A stretch of DNA of 63,421 bases, counting the filler, from Octopus bimaculoides (taxonomy: Eukaryota), in the NCBI RefSeq assembly GCF_001194135.2. It is 6 parts of 6 records of this genome, joined end to end, with 100 filler letters (N's around TTAATTAATTAA, not from the genome) between each part and the next. Parts side by side here need not be neighbours in the genome. Positions count along the whole stretch, not along the records: positions 1 to 15,818 come from NC_068990.1; 5 more parts are not named here. The stretch is one strand, 5' to 3'. Under the pieces are notes generated by a model, which worked only from the letters and a program-made list of their open reading frames with translations, had not been told where the DNA came from and did not search any database. The position numbers and the translations under genes were made by a program. Positions 1 to 12,638 of the stretch are shown piece after piece; the stretch's first letter is position 1, and each line of letters begins with the position of its first letter.

Positions 1-434
1 TGTGTGTGTGTGTGTGTGTTTAATAGTTGATGTTCTACATTCATGATTTCCAGAGGCGATATACTTTTTAAGTGAAAACACGCGCAAATTTCGACATGAA
101 AGAAAATTGTATTAAGAGTAATTAATCAAAATGAAATAATTAATAGAAGTTGCTTAGTTTATGACTATGAGAAAAGAAGCTTTGTTACATTGTAAAGATC
201 TAAATGATTCAATGGGTAGCTTTGATAGTTAGCATAGAAGCCAGTTGGTGCCTTTGTTGTTGGTTAGCCATGTGCGTGAGTAACCAGTTGGTCTTTAAAG
301 AGATACGGAGGACAAAAGATGACGGACAAACAGAACAGAGTAAAAGCAGAAGATACATATCATCTGCAGATAACTGTGTATATATATGAGTGTGTCTATG
401 TACATACATAGTGTGCATTTGTATGTGTGTGCAA

Positions 435-508
<74 letters not shown>

Positions 509-3349
509 GCGGTGCATCAGCATGGCCGCAGCTCTGAGCTGAAACTATAAACAACATATATTTCTATGCCAATATCAGATCCCTTAAGTAACTTCCCATT
601 CGGCAAATTTGCAACTGTTGATATAAATTTCGTGAGTAAATTTTGCACACTATTTACTCCGAAGCTCATCTAACCCTTTCCATGTTTGTTACTTTTTTAC
701 ATTCCAGATCTCTCCCCATAATGACTCTAAATCATCGAGGTGATGGTGGTGGATGAGTCTTCCGCAATTTTGGTGATTGCCTTTCATGCTGGGAGACATC
801 AATTGTGGATTTATCTTAACCTTAAGATTGATCGTTTTTCCTTCGCGAGGGATTTTTGAATAATGATATTATTCATTAACCGCCCACGTTTCGTATTTTA
901 TGGCAATTAATTTACCCGTTTGTATTTTTTGTCGACAGTCCCCATAGACTTTAGATAATCTATCATAAATTCGCAGATCTTGATCCATGAATTAATCACT
1001 TTGCACTTAAATGATAGAGTTTAACTATCCAATGTTTTCCTAAAGTTTGTCGCTATACGGGAATTTGTTACATTTCTTCCAACCAATTGATGTTATTCAA
1101 ATCTTCAGATTATTTCTCCAAAAATGAACTCCTTGCATGCGGATGAAGAAAGTGGCATTTATTTATTTTTTTTTTTTCTAGAAATGATTGCTGAAGTTAT
1201 TTATTTTTAGTCAATCGGCAACTTCCATTTGGCGTATATCGTCTGTGCTGATCTACATTGTCATGAAGATTAACACAGTTAAACTTCTACATGTTCTCTC
1301 GATCGGCTAGAAATAGCAGCCAAATTTTCTTTAAACTACACCTTAATGTCTAAAGGGCAAAAAAGATTAAACATTGGGACAAAGCACTGTCTATTTTTTC
1401 TCTTGTGGCAGGTCCATATGCATTCTACTTGTTGAATGTCATTAATATCGTTTAAATTAAAGTCAGTCCTCGTGGCTGTAATCTTTTATCGAAATCACGA
1501 CCTTCGAAAATTGCAAAGAAGTTTAAACATCAAATTTTGTTTACAATTTTATTATAAGAAAAGAGAAAGTACGTTCATTATTGATCACGGAGTCCAGTGA
1601 AATAAAAGATTGTATCTCCAGAGATTGACTTTAATTTAAATGTTATGAATAACACTCAAAAAGTAGATAGCACTTGGGCCTGGTTATGATTTTCGACATC
1701 AGCATGCAAATCCACATTAGAACTATATTTTTCGAAAATAACTTCGGTGAAGATTTGAAAAAAAACTTCAAATGCTCAGAAGGAATTTAACAAGATACAA
1801 TATATGTCTGGAGAAAGGTAATCAATTTGGTTGTTTCTAATCGTTGCAATCGAACTCTGCTATTCTCCTCTTTTGATGAATGGTAACCGCAACACAATAT
1901 AGAACATTCAAAGTCCAAAAGTTACGAATTTCAGTCTCTGCTAATTGTTCTTCTGCTATTACGTCCATCACGGATAACATCAGGTCGGCCACTTTTCTGT
2001 CGATTCGTAAGGTAATTGTTTTCTCATATAATTTTTCGTTAATCTAGATGGGGAAATTTTCCAAGAATTTTACCAGAATTTTGTTTAATGCTCTTATTAT
2101 TTGTACTCTTTACTCATCATTATTATTTGTTTACAATCGGTTATTGCGTTGCTTGTCATTGTAATGGTAGGATGTTTGCCGCATTTATATTGTTATCACA
2201 TCGATTGTGTTTCGAATTGTCTATGATCTTTTCAAAAGAATTCACTGGTCAGATCCAATTTTTATTTGCTGTATGATTCTAACGGTCTGTGAGTAGAATA
2301 GCTAACGGCAAGCGTTGCGCGATATCGTAGTTGGATTCTGAAACCCGAGTAGGTAAGTTATTTTAGATACGGATCATTCTCCATACTTTTCATGTGGCCG
2401 ATTAGGGATTTTCATTAGCTTTCTTTGTAGAACTGACACAGGTCTTGGTTCAATTTAAAGATCCGCTGAAATTCTTTCGATAGTTCCGCGACCTGTGATA
2501 GCTGATTCCAGTCTCCTGTGTTTCCTTGATGTATATAGTTGTAATCTCATGTGTAGAGGTTCAGTTAATTGCTCCCAGCTTATTTACTGCTATAATGTTC
2601 CATGAAAAGAAAAACAGCCTATTCCAAAAAGAAGAGAACGAATTCTTTACCAGGCTTGTATCAATGATTAAAGTTCACATCTTCGACATATATTTAATTA
2701 CCCTTCCACGTAACTTAAAATGTGATTCTGACGAATAATCTTTCTTCTGCATAGACCACATAATCGAAATCCATCTACGTAGAAATTTCCATCTTTTTAG
2801 TATCTAAATATTCATGTATGTTATTGAAATTAGACATCAATTCTTTGACATACACAGAACTGTCAAAATCATGGTGCGAATGAAACTTTGAATGAACAGT
2901 CCACTTCTGACGATGTGACTGACTTCGACATCATTTAAGTATGTATGTGTATGTATATATGTATGTATTATGTATAGATGTATGTCCAGATTATGACTTT
3001 AAACTGCATCCAGTAGTGGAGCCCTGATACGGGATTTCCAAGGTTTTGAGGAATGTAGAATCACTTCAGCCACTACTGTTCCTAGGTCTCCTCAAAGCCG
3101 GAGAGGTGGCATGTGTTAAGGACCCAGCTATTGGTTAACTAGTATGTAAATCACTGGGAGCGAAGGATCCCTAATTCTCGTTAGAACTTCCTTCCAGGAG
3201 AAGGTAGAACTGTAGAAAAATTTGAAGTGCAGTTGGTTCCTGGTCGTGTTAACCTCAGTTGCGCGACTAATTTTGTGCAACAATTTGTCCACTCAAAACA
3301 AATTCACGCACAGTATGTCTTTGATGAACTCTCGGAAGGTTTACACGAG

Positions 3350-3384
<35 letters not shown>

Positions 3385-3385
<1 letters not shown>

Positions 3386-3788
3386 TGAAAGATACAGATA
3401 AGGAAATAATTTTATTCTCAAACGCAGGATAATGCTAATAATATAGCATGATCAGTATAAACTATCTATACTTTGCAGAAAAGTCTGTCGGCGGCCAGCC
3501 ATGAGACTCGAACTCACATCCCTGTGATTATGCGTCAAGTACTTTATCATTAAGCTAAACTGCCCTAACGATAAATTTTTCTGAAAATTTAAGACATATA
3601 AATCTAGATTTATAAGACGGTATCGTACGTTAAATTCGACTTACGCTGAAATTCAACAAACAGTGTTTGCTTTAGAAGCGTTGCAATGTATTGAAAGATA
3701 CAGATAAGGAAATAATTTTATTCTCAAACGCAGGATAATGCTAATATTATAGCATGAACAGGATAAACTATCCATATTTTGCGGAAAA
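3385..3788. repeat. 98-bp direct repeat pair (3385-3482 and 3691-3788) flanked by (TA)n tracts
   Basis: Both copies start TTGAAAGATACAGATAAGGAAATAATTTTATTCTCAAACGCAGG; about 6 mismatches in 98 nt by eye; period 306 bp. Confidence 0.9.
3493..3564 (-). pseudogene. tRNA-like sequence, Met(CAT)-like anticodon; tRNA pseudogene or SINE head
   Basis: 72 nt: GGCAGTT TA GCTT AATGATA AAGT A CTTGA CGCATAA TCACA GGGAT GTGAG TTCGAGT CTCAT GGCTGGC C. D and T arms pair, A and B boxes present, anticodon stem partly mismatched, TTTT about 10 nt downstream. Confidence 0.7.
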
Positions 3789-3804
3789 TCGTAGATATAT
3801 GTAA

Positions 3805-3839
<35 letters not shown>

Positions 3840-3957
3840 ATTTTTTTAAAGTTTGGTACTTTATCATACCATTTGCTGAACCGCTGTGTTTATAAGGGCG
3901 TAAACAAACCAACACCGACTGACAAACACGCACACATATTCACACGTACATATATGC

Positions 3958-4006
<49 letters not shown>

Positions 4007-4008
<2 letters not shown>

Positions 4009-4222
4009 CCTTGTATTGGATATATAATATAACGAAGCAGAGGGAAAGAAAATATGTACACGACGCACTACTATTATTATTACACGAGATTCAACACTTT
4101 GTATCAAAGACTCGTAGCGAACTGCTTATCCATACGAACTGCCAATCGCTGGCATTTTTTTGTTTTATAACAATGAACCAGTCCACCTTTAGTCACCTGG
4201 AGTTGGTTGGAACTCTTTCACA
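4007..4222 (-). repeat. 3' LTR of the Gypsy element
   Basis: Direct repeat of 8027-8238, roughly 75-80% identical by eye; purine tract GGGAAAA precedes TG on the minus strand. Confidence 0.85.
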
Positions 4223-5449
4223 TTTTCCCAATTTAGAATCAGTCTCCTCTATCTTCTGCCCTTTTGAGAATTTAACTCCGCTCCGAGTTTCAATACCTCT
4301 TACGTTTAGGGTTGAATTTCATTGTCTTCGTTTTCTGGTGCCAGAATGTGTAGTTTCAAATTTTTGAGGTGTTGGTACCGCAAACGTGTCGTACAATACT
4401 TCCACGGGGATTTCATTTCTCGTGACTGTTTTCTCCGTGAATCTTTCCTTAAGCTGGTCAATATGTGTTTTGTATTCGACATTTTTCCTTTTACCATGAA
4501 TATCATTCTTCCAATTTGTTTAATCATTACACCGTCCTCCCAGCTTTGTTTACCATATCTACAGGTTTTTTTAAAAAAAACTTTGTCACCTAACTTGAAG
4601 AATTTTGAAGTATTTTTGTTAGTTGCCTTTTTTTGTTTTCACTCGGTTTCAGCATATCAAAGACAGATCTGACCTTTCTAGCAAACATGAGTTCTGCGGA
4701 TGACTTTCCCAACGGTATATTCGGATTAGGTGTTACGCGGTACACTCTTAGAAATTTCTGTAATGCAAAATCGTCCATCACTTCATTATTTGCCTTTTTC
4801 AACGCCCTCCTGAAAGTGTGGACAAAACGCTCCACTTGTCCATTTGTCATAGGATGATAGGACGGAGTGGGGGACATGTTCTATAACGAACATTTTGCAA
4901 AATCTTCTGAATTTGTCTAAGGTAAATTGAGTTCCATTATCAGGCACATTGGTATCCGAAATACCATATCTGGGGAAAAATTCGTGTAAAAAAGTTGTTG
5001 TAATCGCAGATGTCGGCATTTTACATTTATGCACTTCCGGCCACATTGAGAAACTGTCCATCACAACAAGGTAATATGATCCCTTGAGTGTACCTGCATA
5101 ATCGATATGCAGTCTGGCCCATGGAACATCTGCTTTTGGTCACAGTTGTCATTTAGTGGTAGGGGATTTTGCAGCTAAGGCACATCCTTTGCATCATTTC
5201 ACAGATTTTTCAATGTCATGGTCTATTGTTTGCCAATGCACGTAACTTCTCATCAATGATTTCATTCTCGAAATCCCTGGGTGATCCATATGTAATTCCA
5301 TAAATAATCGCTTTTGCAGTGTAGCTGGCACAACGACTCTATGCATAAGTCAACACATTGTCACAAATTGAGAAATAGTTCGCATTTGTGTTGCACATAT
5401 TTTTATCGCTTTTAGCTTTCAGTGTTTCATTTATTTTTATAATAAATTT

Positions 5450-5812
5450 TCCATTTTATTAGATCAGTGATTGTGTGTCACTTTGAAAACTATATATTTC
5501 GAACAAGAATTTAGCAGCGCCACCTCTAGCCGAAGAGTTATTCTGTGCTGATGAAGGGAAATAACCCAGAAATCACGATACACATATATTGTTTTGTGCT
5601 GAGTAAGGATGCTAAATTCCCTTGTTCTAAAATATAAGGACACGGATAGTGAGACGTATAGCCAGCTGGAGACGATGTTTCCTGGGTCTAAATAACAGTA
5701 ACATTCATCCTAAACCAGAACTGCCACGTTATGTTGGTAAATAATCTTTACTCTAGAGTACTGTTACTGAATGTCTCTCGTTGAGATATTTACATGTAGA
5801 AATTTTCTATTC
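5450..5812 (+). mobile_element. 363-bp non-coding insertion in Gypsy pol, with a 10-bp TSD and a hammerhead motif (PLE solo pLTR or retrozyme-like)
   Basis: TAATAAATTT is repeated at 5440-5449 and 5813-5822; the pol reading (NDKFI|IKINE) resumes across the insertion. Confidence 0.75.
5544..5584 (+). ncRNA. Minimal type-I hammerhead ribozyme motif
   Basis: TGTG CTGATGA A-GGG-AAATAA-CCC-A GAAA TCACGA TA CACA: intact cores, 4-bp stem I, near-palindromic stem III, AUA cleavage triplet. Confidence 0.65.
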
Positions 5813-8026
5813 TAATAAATTTATCGTTTTCCGCTTTTAATTTTATGTCTTGTAAAGTAGCTGTCAGTTGACGAATGACGTTACACAAAACATTTTTAAT
5901 TTCATTTTCCGCTCGCAAAGCGGCATTCATGGTATCTTCAAGTGGTTCGTCACTTTTCGAAATTACTCTTGACAGACAATCAGCATGACTTAGTTTCTTG
6001 GGTGGTATATACTCCATCATGAAATCATAGTTTAATAATATCGTAGCCCAGCGGTATAATCTATTAGCAGTATGGGTAGGAATTCCCTTTTTTTACACAA
6101 ATATCGATAATAGGCGATGATGATCAGTCTGCAGACGAAAACTTCTACCGTGCAAAAATTTGTGAAATTTTTCATACCAAAAATGATTGCTAGAGCTTCT
6201 TTGTCGATTTGACTATAATTTTTCTCTACTGCTCTCAGAGAACGTCGGGCATGAACCATCACCTTCATGTTACCATTTTTATATTTATGCAGCATCACTA
6301 CCCCTATACCATACTCAGAAGCGCATGAATCTAGGACAAACTCCGCTGCAGGATTGAAGTTTGCTGACGACAAATCAGATTTTAATATTTTTTTATTTCG
6401 TCAAGCGCTTTTTGACAATTTTCCGACTAATTCCATTTCATATCTTTTTTCAGCAGACTATTCAGAGGAATACTCACTTTATGCATATTTGGAATATGAT
6501 TTTGGTAATAATTTGCCAGTCCTAAAAATGCTAGTAAGGTCGCTATATAAGTCAGAGGGGGCATATTTTTAATTGCGTCTGCCCTCGACGAGTCTGGTCA
6601 ACGTCCATTTCTGTCAATGATTTGCCATAAATATCATGTTTTCGGTAAGAAAAAAATCACGTTTTTCTTGACGCAAAATAAAAACGTAATCCCTAATTGT
6701 TTCGAATACATATTTTACGTACTCTACGTGTTGGTATCTGGATTCGCTTTTAATGAGTATATCTTCCAGGTATGGAATTGCAAATTCGCAATCCGCAAAC
6801 ATTGCATCCATAAACTGTTGAAAAATCGCTAGTGCGACTTTTAAGCCAAATGGTAACCTGTTGTATTTATACAGTCCTGTATGTCTGTTAATTGTTAAGT
6901 ATTTAGATCATTCATCGTCTACTCTAATTCGTAGGTACGCGTCAGAGAGATCCAACTTAGAAAATATCTTGCCATCGTTTAATTTCGCAAAAATATCACC
7001 CGGAGTAGGTAGCGGATAGTAGCACGTTTAAAGATATTCGTTTAAACCAGTGGAAAAATCAGCGCACAATCTGATTTTATTATTCTTTTTCTTAATGTAC
7101 ATAGTTGATGCTGCCAGTTCAGAATATTCCACTTTTTGGATTACTCCAATTTTCTCTAACTCAAAGTTTATCTGTTCTAACGCTGTGGACGGTACCGTTC
7201 GATTTTGTTTTAAACGCAGGTATGGCGTTTTCTTGTATTTGATACCGTGCCTTCGTTTTTGCACACACACACCTAATTTATTAGACAGAACTTCAGGAAA
7301 AATATCAAAAAACTCTTCTTTCAATTCGTCTGTTGACTTTTTTGTACTGCAGGAAAAACCATTTACATTTTTACAGAAATGATTTATGGGGAGGTCCCAT
7401 AAATTAAACAATTCCATTCAGTCAGTACCGAACAACCTTGTATTATTTAACAAAAAACTTTAGCCTTTAAAGTTCTTTCACGAAATGTAATGTTACTTAT
7501 CAATTCGCCTTTAAAATATAATTTTTTTCCTGAGACACCACAGGCAATTTTTGAGGTGTCCTTTACTTTAGATTTCCCGATCTTTTTCCATATATCTGTG
7601 TTAATTATTGAAATATAATTACCATACTTTTTCGTGTTCGGCAGGGGATAACTTTCTTAAAAGTAGTCGTACTTTTCTCTCGTCGGACGAATTTTACACT
7701 GTTCTTTGAAGATTACTTCGTATGTACGAAAATATGCAGAGAGAGTAACCCCTTCTTCTGGATTACAGCTGAATTCTTCAATTGGGTTTGCTACGCCGTT
7801 TGGCGAGTACCAACCTGAAGTATTTTCAGACTCTTTCGGCATTAATTCCAGCAACTGTTGGTTTTGTTGTTGTTGCTGCGGCAGTTGCTGCTCGAGTTGC
7901 GGTTGTAACTTCACCACGGAGGCCAATAAGTTCTCCATGTTAGACGATATTTTTCTTTGGTTTCATACCAAAAAAAAAAAAAATTATGTCGAACGCAAAC
8001 TTCGAACAACTGGTCGCCACTTTTAT

Positions 8027-8241
8027 ATCCTTGTATTGGATATATGATATGACGAAACAGAGGGGAAGAAAGGATATAAACAACGCTACTATTACTATTA
8101 CACGATGCTCAACACTCTATATCAAAAGCTCACAATGAACTGCTTACCCATCCGAACTACCAAACGCTGACTTCTTTGTTTTATAACCATGAGTCAGTCC
8201 GCTTTTAGTCACTTGGGGGTAGTCGGAATCCTTCCACAACA
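8027..8241 (-). repeat. 5' LTR of the Gypsy element
   Basis: Starts TGTTGTGG on the minus strand and is followed within about 8 nt by the PBS-like TGGCGACC; homologous to 4007-4222. Confidence 0.85.
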
Positions 8242-10437
8242 TCTCCCCTTTTTAGGATCACAATATACACGACGGTTCACTTATAAGTCATTATACAATC
8301 CGGAGCTATATTAGAAGATATTTGCCCAAGGTGCCACGCAGTGGGACTGAACCCAAAACCATGGAATTTTAAAGCTATTTTCTTAACTACACAGTCATGT
8401 TTCCTCTTACATGTAAATAAGCATTCATAAACACTATAACTATATTCAGCTGATTTTCGATCCCGTTTGTAATTTCCAACGAATTTAAGATATACTTTTC
8501 ACATTCAGAGGGATTGGCCATCAGTTAGTCAGAGTTGTTGATTTTTAGCGGAGATGAGATGTAAATTTGTGACATTGATCTTTGTTTCAAGATGCATTAT
8601 CAATTTGAGCGACTTGACAGAACAACAAACCTACCGGAGGCCTAGGCTTGTCACACAGCCACAGTTTATCATGAATCCAAAGTGGTCGCGTGACTTACTA
8701 GAAATAACAGTCAACTCTTTATTAATAATACTGTACCATCTTGAACAAAAAATTTTTTAAAGCTAAAACAAACAGAAACATAAATAAAAACAAAGCACCT
8801 TAGATAATAGAGAGTTGGATACATTATGTCTTCTGAATAAGAGAATATTTTTTCGACTGTAACATATTTGCATGTTTGATTATTGGTCTTACTGGATCAG
8901 GACTGACTAGAGCTAAACACCACTATAACTACACTAAAATACTACGCCACCACCGCCAACACCTTCACTGACTACAACAACAGCAACAATAACGGCAATA
9001 GCAACAACAACAAAAACAACTTCAGACAATCCCAGTAACAAGAACAACATTTTGTAGCCTAGCGCATACCCAGATCTCCACATTACGGCGCTTAGCAAGT
9101 ATTACTGTCGTAAAGAAGCATGAAGCAATAAGATATTATTCCATTTTCTGTGGTTTTCTACTAAATTTCACCGCTTGAAACAAGCAAACTACGCTGTTTT
9201 ACAATAACGATAAATCAAAACTAATTTGAAGTCATGTGGAAATATAAACAGATATACATTATATATGCCATTCATTCAGTTTTGAATATATAGCATAATA
9301 ACAAAAGTTACGCATAAAAACAAAATATTCAACATTTATCCTTCAGATAATATTTAGATTTAGCAATCTCTCTAATGTTTTCTTTTAACAAGTGTGTATG
9401 CATAGGTTACATAGAAGCACACACACATTCAAATATAATCATCCATATAGCGATAAATATGCGCATGCATACATTTGCGCTGTACATAGAATGTATGAAT
9501 GTATATAGATAGATAGATAGATAGATAGATCAAAGAGGAATATAGTATGTTTTAAATTCGAAATATACGCAAACACACATTCTACAAACTAAATGATAAA
9601 TATTATTTTAAATCACTAAATAAATATTATAAATCGTGTAGTCCAGCACGCCAACATTTCTGCTTACTTGCATTCACGCTTCGGCCGTAAAAACGACAGT
9701 GTCCACAACGCACAGGGGCAGAAGAAGAAGACAGTCATTAACGAGCAGATTCCTTTTTGAGCCGGAAGCTGTTGCGATTTCCGGTGACCTCGGTCCGTAG
9801 ACTATTGCTCTCCTGCACCAGATCGACTCGAGAGTGTCGCCCCTGAGGAAGAAGCCTTGTACTGTAGAAATGGCTGATACGACAGATATTGCTGATTAAA
9901 TTTCGCAACGAGAAGATGGTTTTGCTATTATATCGGCGGTACGCAGCCTGGATAAACTGTTTAACAGAGAGTATAGAGATGATTTTTCTCCTTATTTTGA
10001 TTCTGTTTTTACAGTGTACATTTAGAAAAATAAAGCAAAAAACTCATACTAATAAAAGTAGACCTCAGCCATTGGACTGCGGTCATGCAGGAGTTTTGTC
10101 GAACAGATCAGCCCCAAATTTATTTCTTAAATCTAGTACGGAGACGTATAGAAACAAACACCAGTTATCAAGCTGTGAAGGACAACAAACACAAACACAA
10201 GCAGAAACACGTATACACACACACACACATATATATATATATAACTGTGTGTGCGTATATATATATATATATATATGCATATATATTTATATATTTATAC
10301 ATATATATATGTACATATATGTATATATGTAAATATTTGTGTATATACATATATATATGTATATATATACATATATGTATACACACATATATATATGCAT
10401 GTATATATATATATATATATATATATANNNNNNNNNN

Positions 10438-10474
<37 letters not shown>

Positions 10475-10619
10475 GTATGCATATGCGTGTGTGTATATAC
10501 ATATATATACATAGACAAAATTAATAGATATATGTAAGAATTATATATAACAAGGGCACTAAGAGGCCCCATTTTGCTAGAAATAGGAGTCAAAATACTC
10601 CGAAGCCACAAGAACTAAC

Positions 10620-11575
10620 ACTAGATTTTTACACACATGGTTGGAAAAAAAGCTAAGTGAAAAAGGATTGCGACTTACCTCTGCAAAATTGCAAGAAGGA
10701 ATGCCAGTTTACGTGGTTTAGGGCGTTAGGGCGATCGTGGACCTTCCCGACGAATGAAAACATAACTAAAATTCATAAACTGCTTTTGGAGGACCGCCAC
10801 CGAACAATAGACGAACTTGATTATATGACTTGCTTGTCCTGCCAACGAATTTTCAGCGAAGAATTGCGGATGAAAAGAGTTGCAGCAAAATTGATCTGTA
10901 ACTTTTTTCGTAGGTCATCACTGGTGGTGAAAGCTGATGCTACGGCTACGACCCGGAAACTAAGTAGCAACCAAGTCAATGGAAGCATTTCATGTCATCA
11001 CGTCCTGAAAAGGCGCGTCAAATGAAGCCCAATATCAAGACGATGCTGATATGGTTCAGCGATGCAAAAGGAATTGTCCACAGAGGATTTGTTTCTCCTA
11101 ATCAAACTGTTAACCAGACATTTTACTCGGTAGTTCTGAAGCGTTTGTGAGACGCAGTCCGTCGAAAACGCCCCAACCTGTGGCAAAGTGGAGAGTGGTG
11201 GTTTCATTACTACAATGCGCCTGCGCACACCACCTTGAGTAACATGTCCCCACTTACATCCCCTCAACCACCACCATCACCCCCATTCGCCCGATCTTGC
11301 TGCTTGCGACTTCTTTTGTTTCCCTGAATTAAAAAAGTCCTTAAATGCAAACATTTTATAGATGTGGAACAAGTGAAAAAAAAAAAAAAATGACCGAGAC
11401 GTTAAAAGGCATGTCTTTGCAAGAGTTTCAGGACTACTTCGAGCAGGGAAAAACGCGCCTGGACTGAAGCATTGCTTCAAATGGAGAATACTTTGAAGGC
11501 GATAAATATGTAAACACGTAAAACTAAGTGAATAAAATTATATTGCAAAATTCTGGTTTCTTTTGGGTACTCCCG

Positions 11576-11577
<2 letters not shown>
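10620..11577 (+). mobile_element. Degenerate mariner (DD34D-type) DNA transposon
   Basis: LEDRHRTIDEL...RVAAK, ITGGES*CYGYDPETK, FHYYNAPAH and SPDLAACDFFCFPELK motifs across several frames; TIR-like end TTTGGGTACTCCC near a TA tract. Confidence 0.9.
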
Positions 11578-11612
<35 letters not shown>

Positions 11613-11785
11613 CAATAAGAGAATAGAGGGGAATAGGTGGTATTCATCAAGTTGCAGACATTGTATTGTGTCAATTTGCTTGTTAATTTGTTTACTAAAA
11701 GGACAATAATAACAATATACAAACACATGTGATATATTATGTCATATCAGTAATTAAAAAATGACATATAGTGACAGAAAATGGG

Positions 11786-11918
11786 ATAATGACTTACAGC
11801 TGTTTCAGTCTACTTGTGACGTGCCTCATTCTATCTATATCACTCCACTAGACTGAAGTAATTAATAGATGAAATAGAGGTACATGGATGATTCTCTAGG
11901 CCTCTTCAGAGATTTTAT
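11786..11918 (-). ncRNA. Degenerate hammerhead-like motif with an 84-nt stem II loop
   Basis: CTGAAGA GGCCTA [84 nt] TAGACT GAAA CAGCTG TA AGTC; palindromic stem III; stem I only partly paired. Confidence 0.45.
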
Positions 11919-12473
11919 AAGGTTCATAAGGTTAAGTTAAAAATATCCAAATATAAAAATATAAAAACGCTAAAAACCCACATATATATGCATACTTTAA
12001 CATATACATAGATATACATAAATAAACATAAATACATAAATACATATATGTACCTTTAAATGTACATACACAAATGTCCATACATGCACACAAATGAATC
12101 CATTATTATTGTTATTATACATTAGGAGGACACATACATATACACACGCACCCATACATACACATATGCATGCATAAACATTTCTGTACAGACATGTTCA
12201 CTGGTACATACGCATTAGTTGCGTTTGGAATGGAGGACTGGTGCATTAGTTCGTATCGTTATAATTCCAACAAAAATGTCCAAACCTATATATATATGTG
12301 TGTGTGTGTGTGTGTATGTGCGTGTGCGTGTGTGTGTGCGTGTGCATGTGCGTGTGTGTGTGTGTGTATACATATATATATATATTTAGATTCAGGTGAA
12401 TATGGTACTTAAATGTAGGCACCAGAAATTAAGTATGGTATTATCCATACAATTTCAAAATAAGGTGATTAAA

Positions 12474-12638
12474 GTCAAAATAAGCAACAAGGATATCCAA
12501 AGTTAATGCAGTACGATCGTTTCATATATATTTGATGCATTTTATATTTGATGTAATGTTCACATTGCTTAATTAAATAGAGTCGCATGAAACGATCGTA
12601 CTGCATTAACTTTGCGTATCCTTGTAGCTCATTTTAAC
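12474..12638. repeat. Inverted repeat with 52-bp arms and a 61-nt spacer
   Basis: 12474-12525 versus the reverse complement of 12587-12638: about 47/52 matches; each arm carries GAAACGATCGTACTGCATT. Confidence 0.9.

Larger units (their letters stand above)
4007..8241 (-). mobile_element. Degenerate Ty3/Gypsy LTR retrotransposon, Mag/K02A2.6-like, with internal deletions and frameshifts
   Basis: gag-like 7657-7938 (PEEGVTLSAYFRTYE); RT 7028-7417 (IRLCADFSTGLN) and 6614-6811 (PYLEDILI); RNase H 6032-6373 (EKNYSQIDKEALAIIFG); integrase 4590-5064 (DNGTQFT, YHPMTNGQVERF); PBS-like TGGCGACCAGTT at 8008-8019; two LTRs. Confidence 0.95.

Noticed and set aside
2290-2700. Possible Tc1-type transposase remnants (also near 56900-57250)
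   Set aside because: The similarity is too fragmentary to give boundaries or a confident call.
2668-2775. CTGACGA...GAAA spacing
   Set aside because: No stem I or stem II complementarity; chance match.
5513-5532. GCGCCACCTCTAGC, CTCF-like motif
   Set aside because: The spacing does not fit the CTCF core, and it lies inside a mobile insertion.
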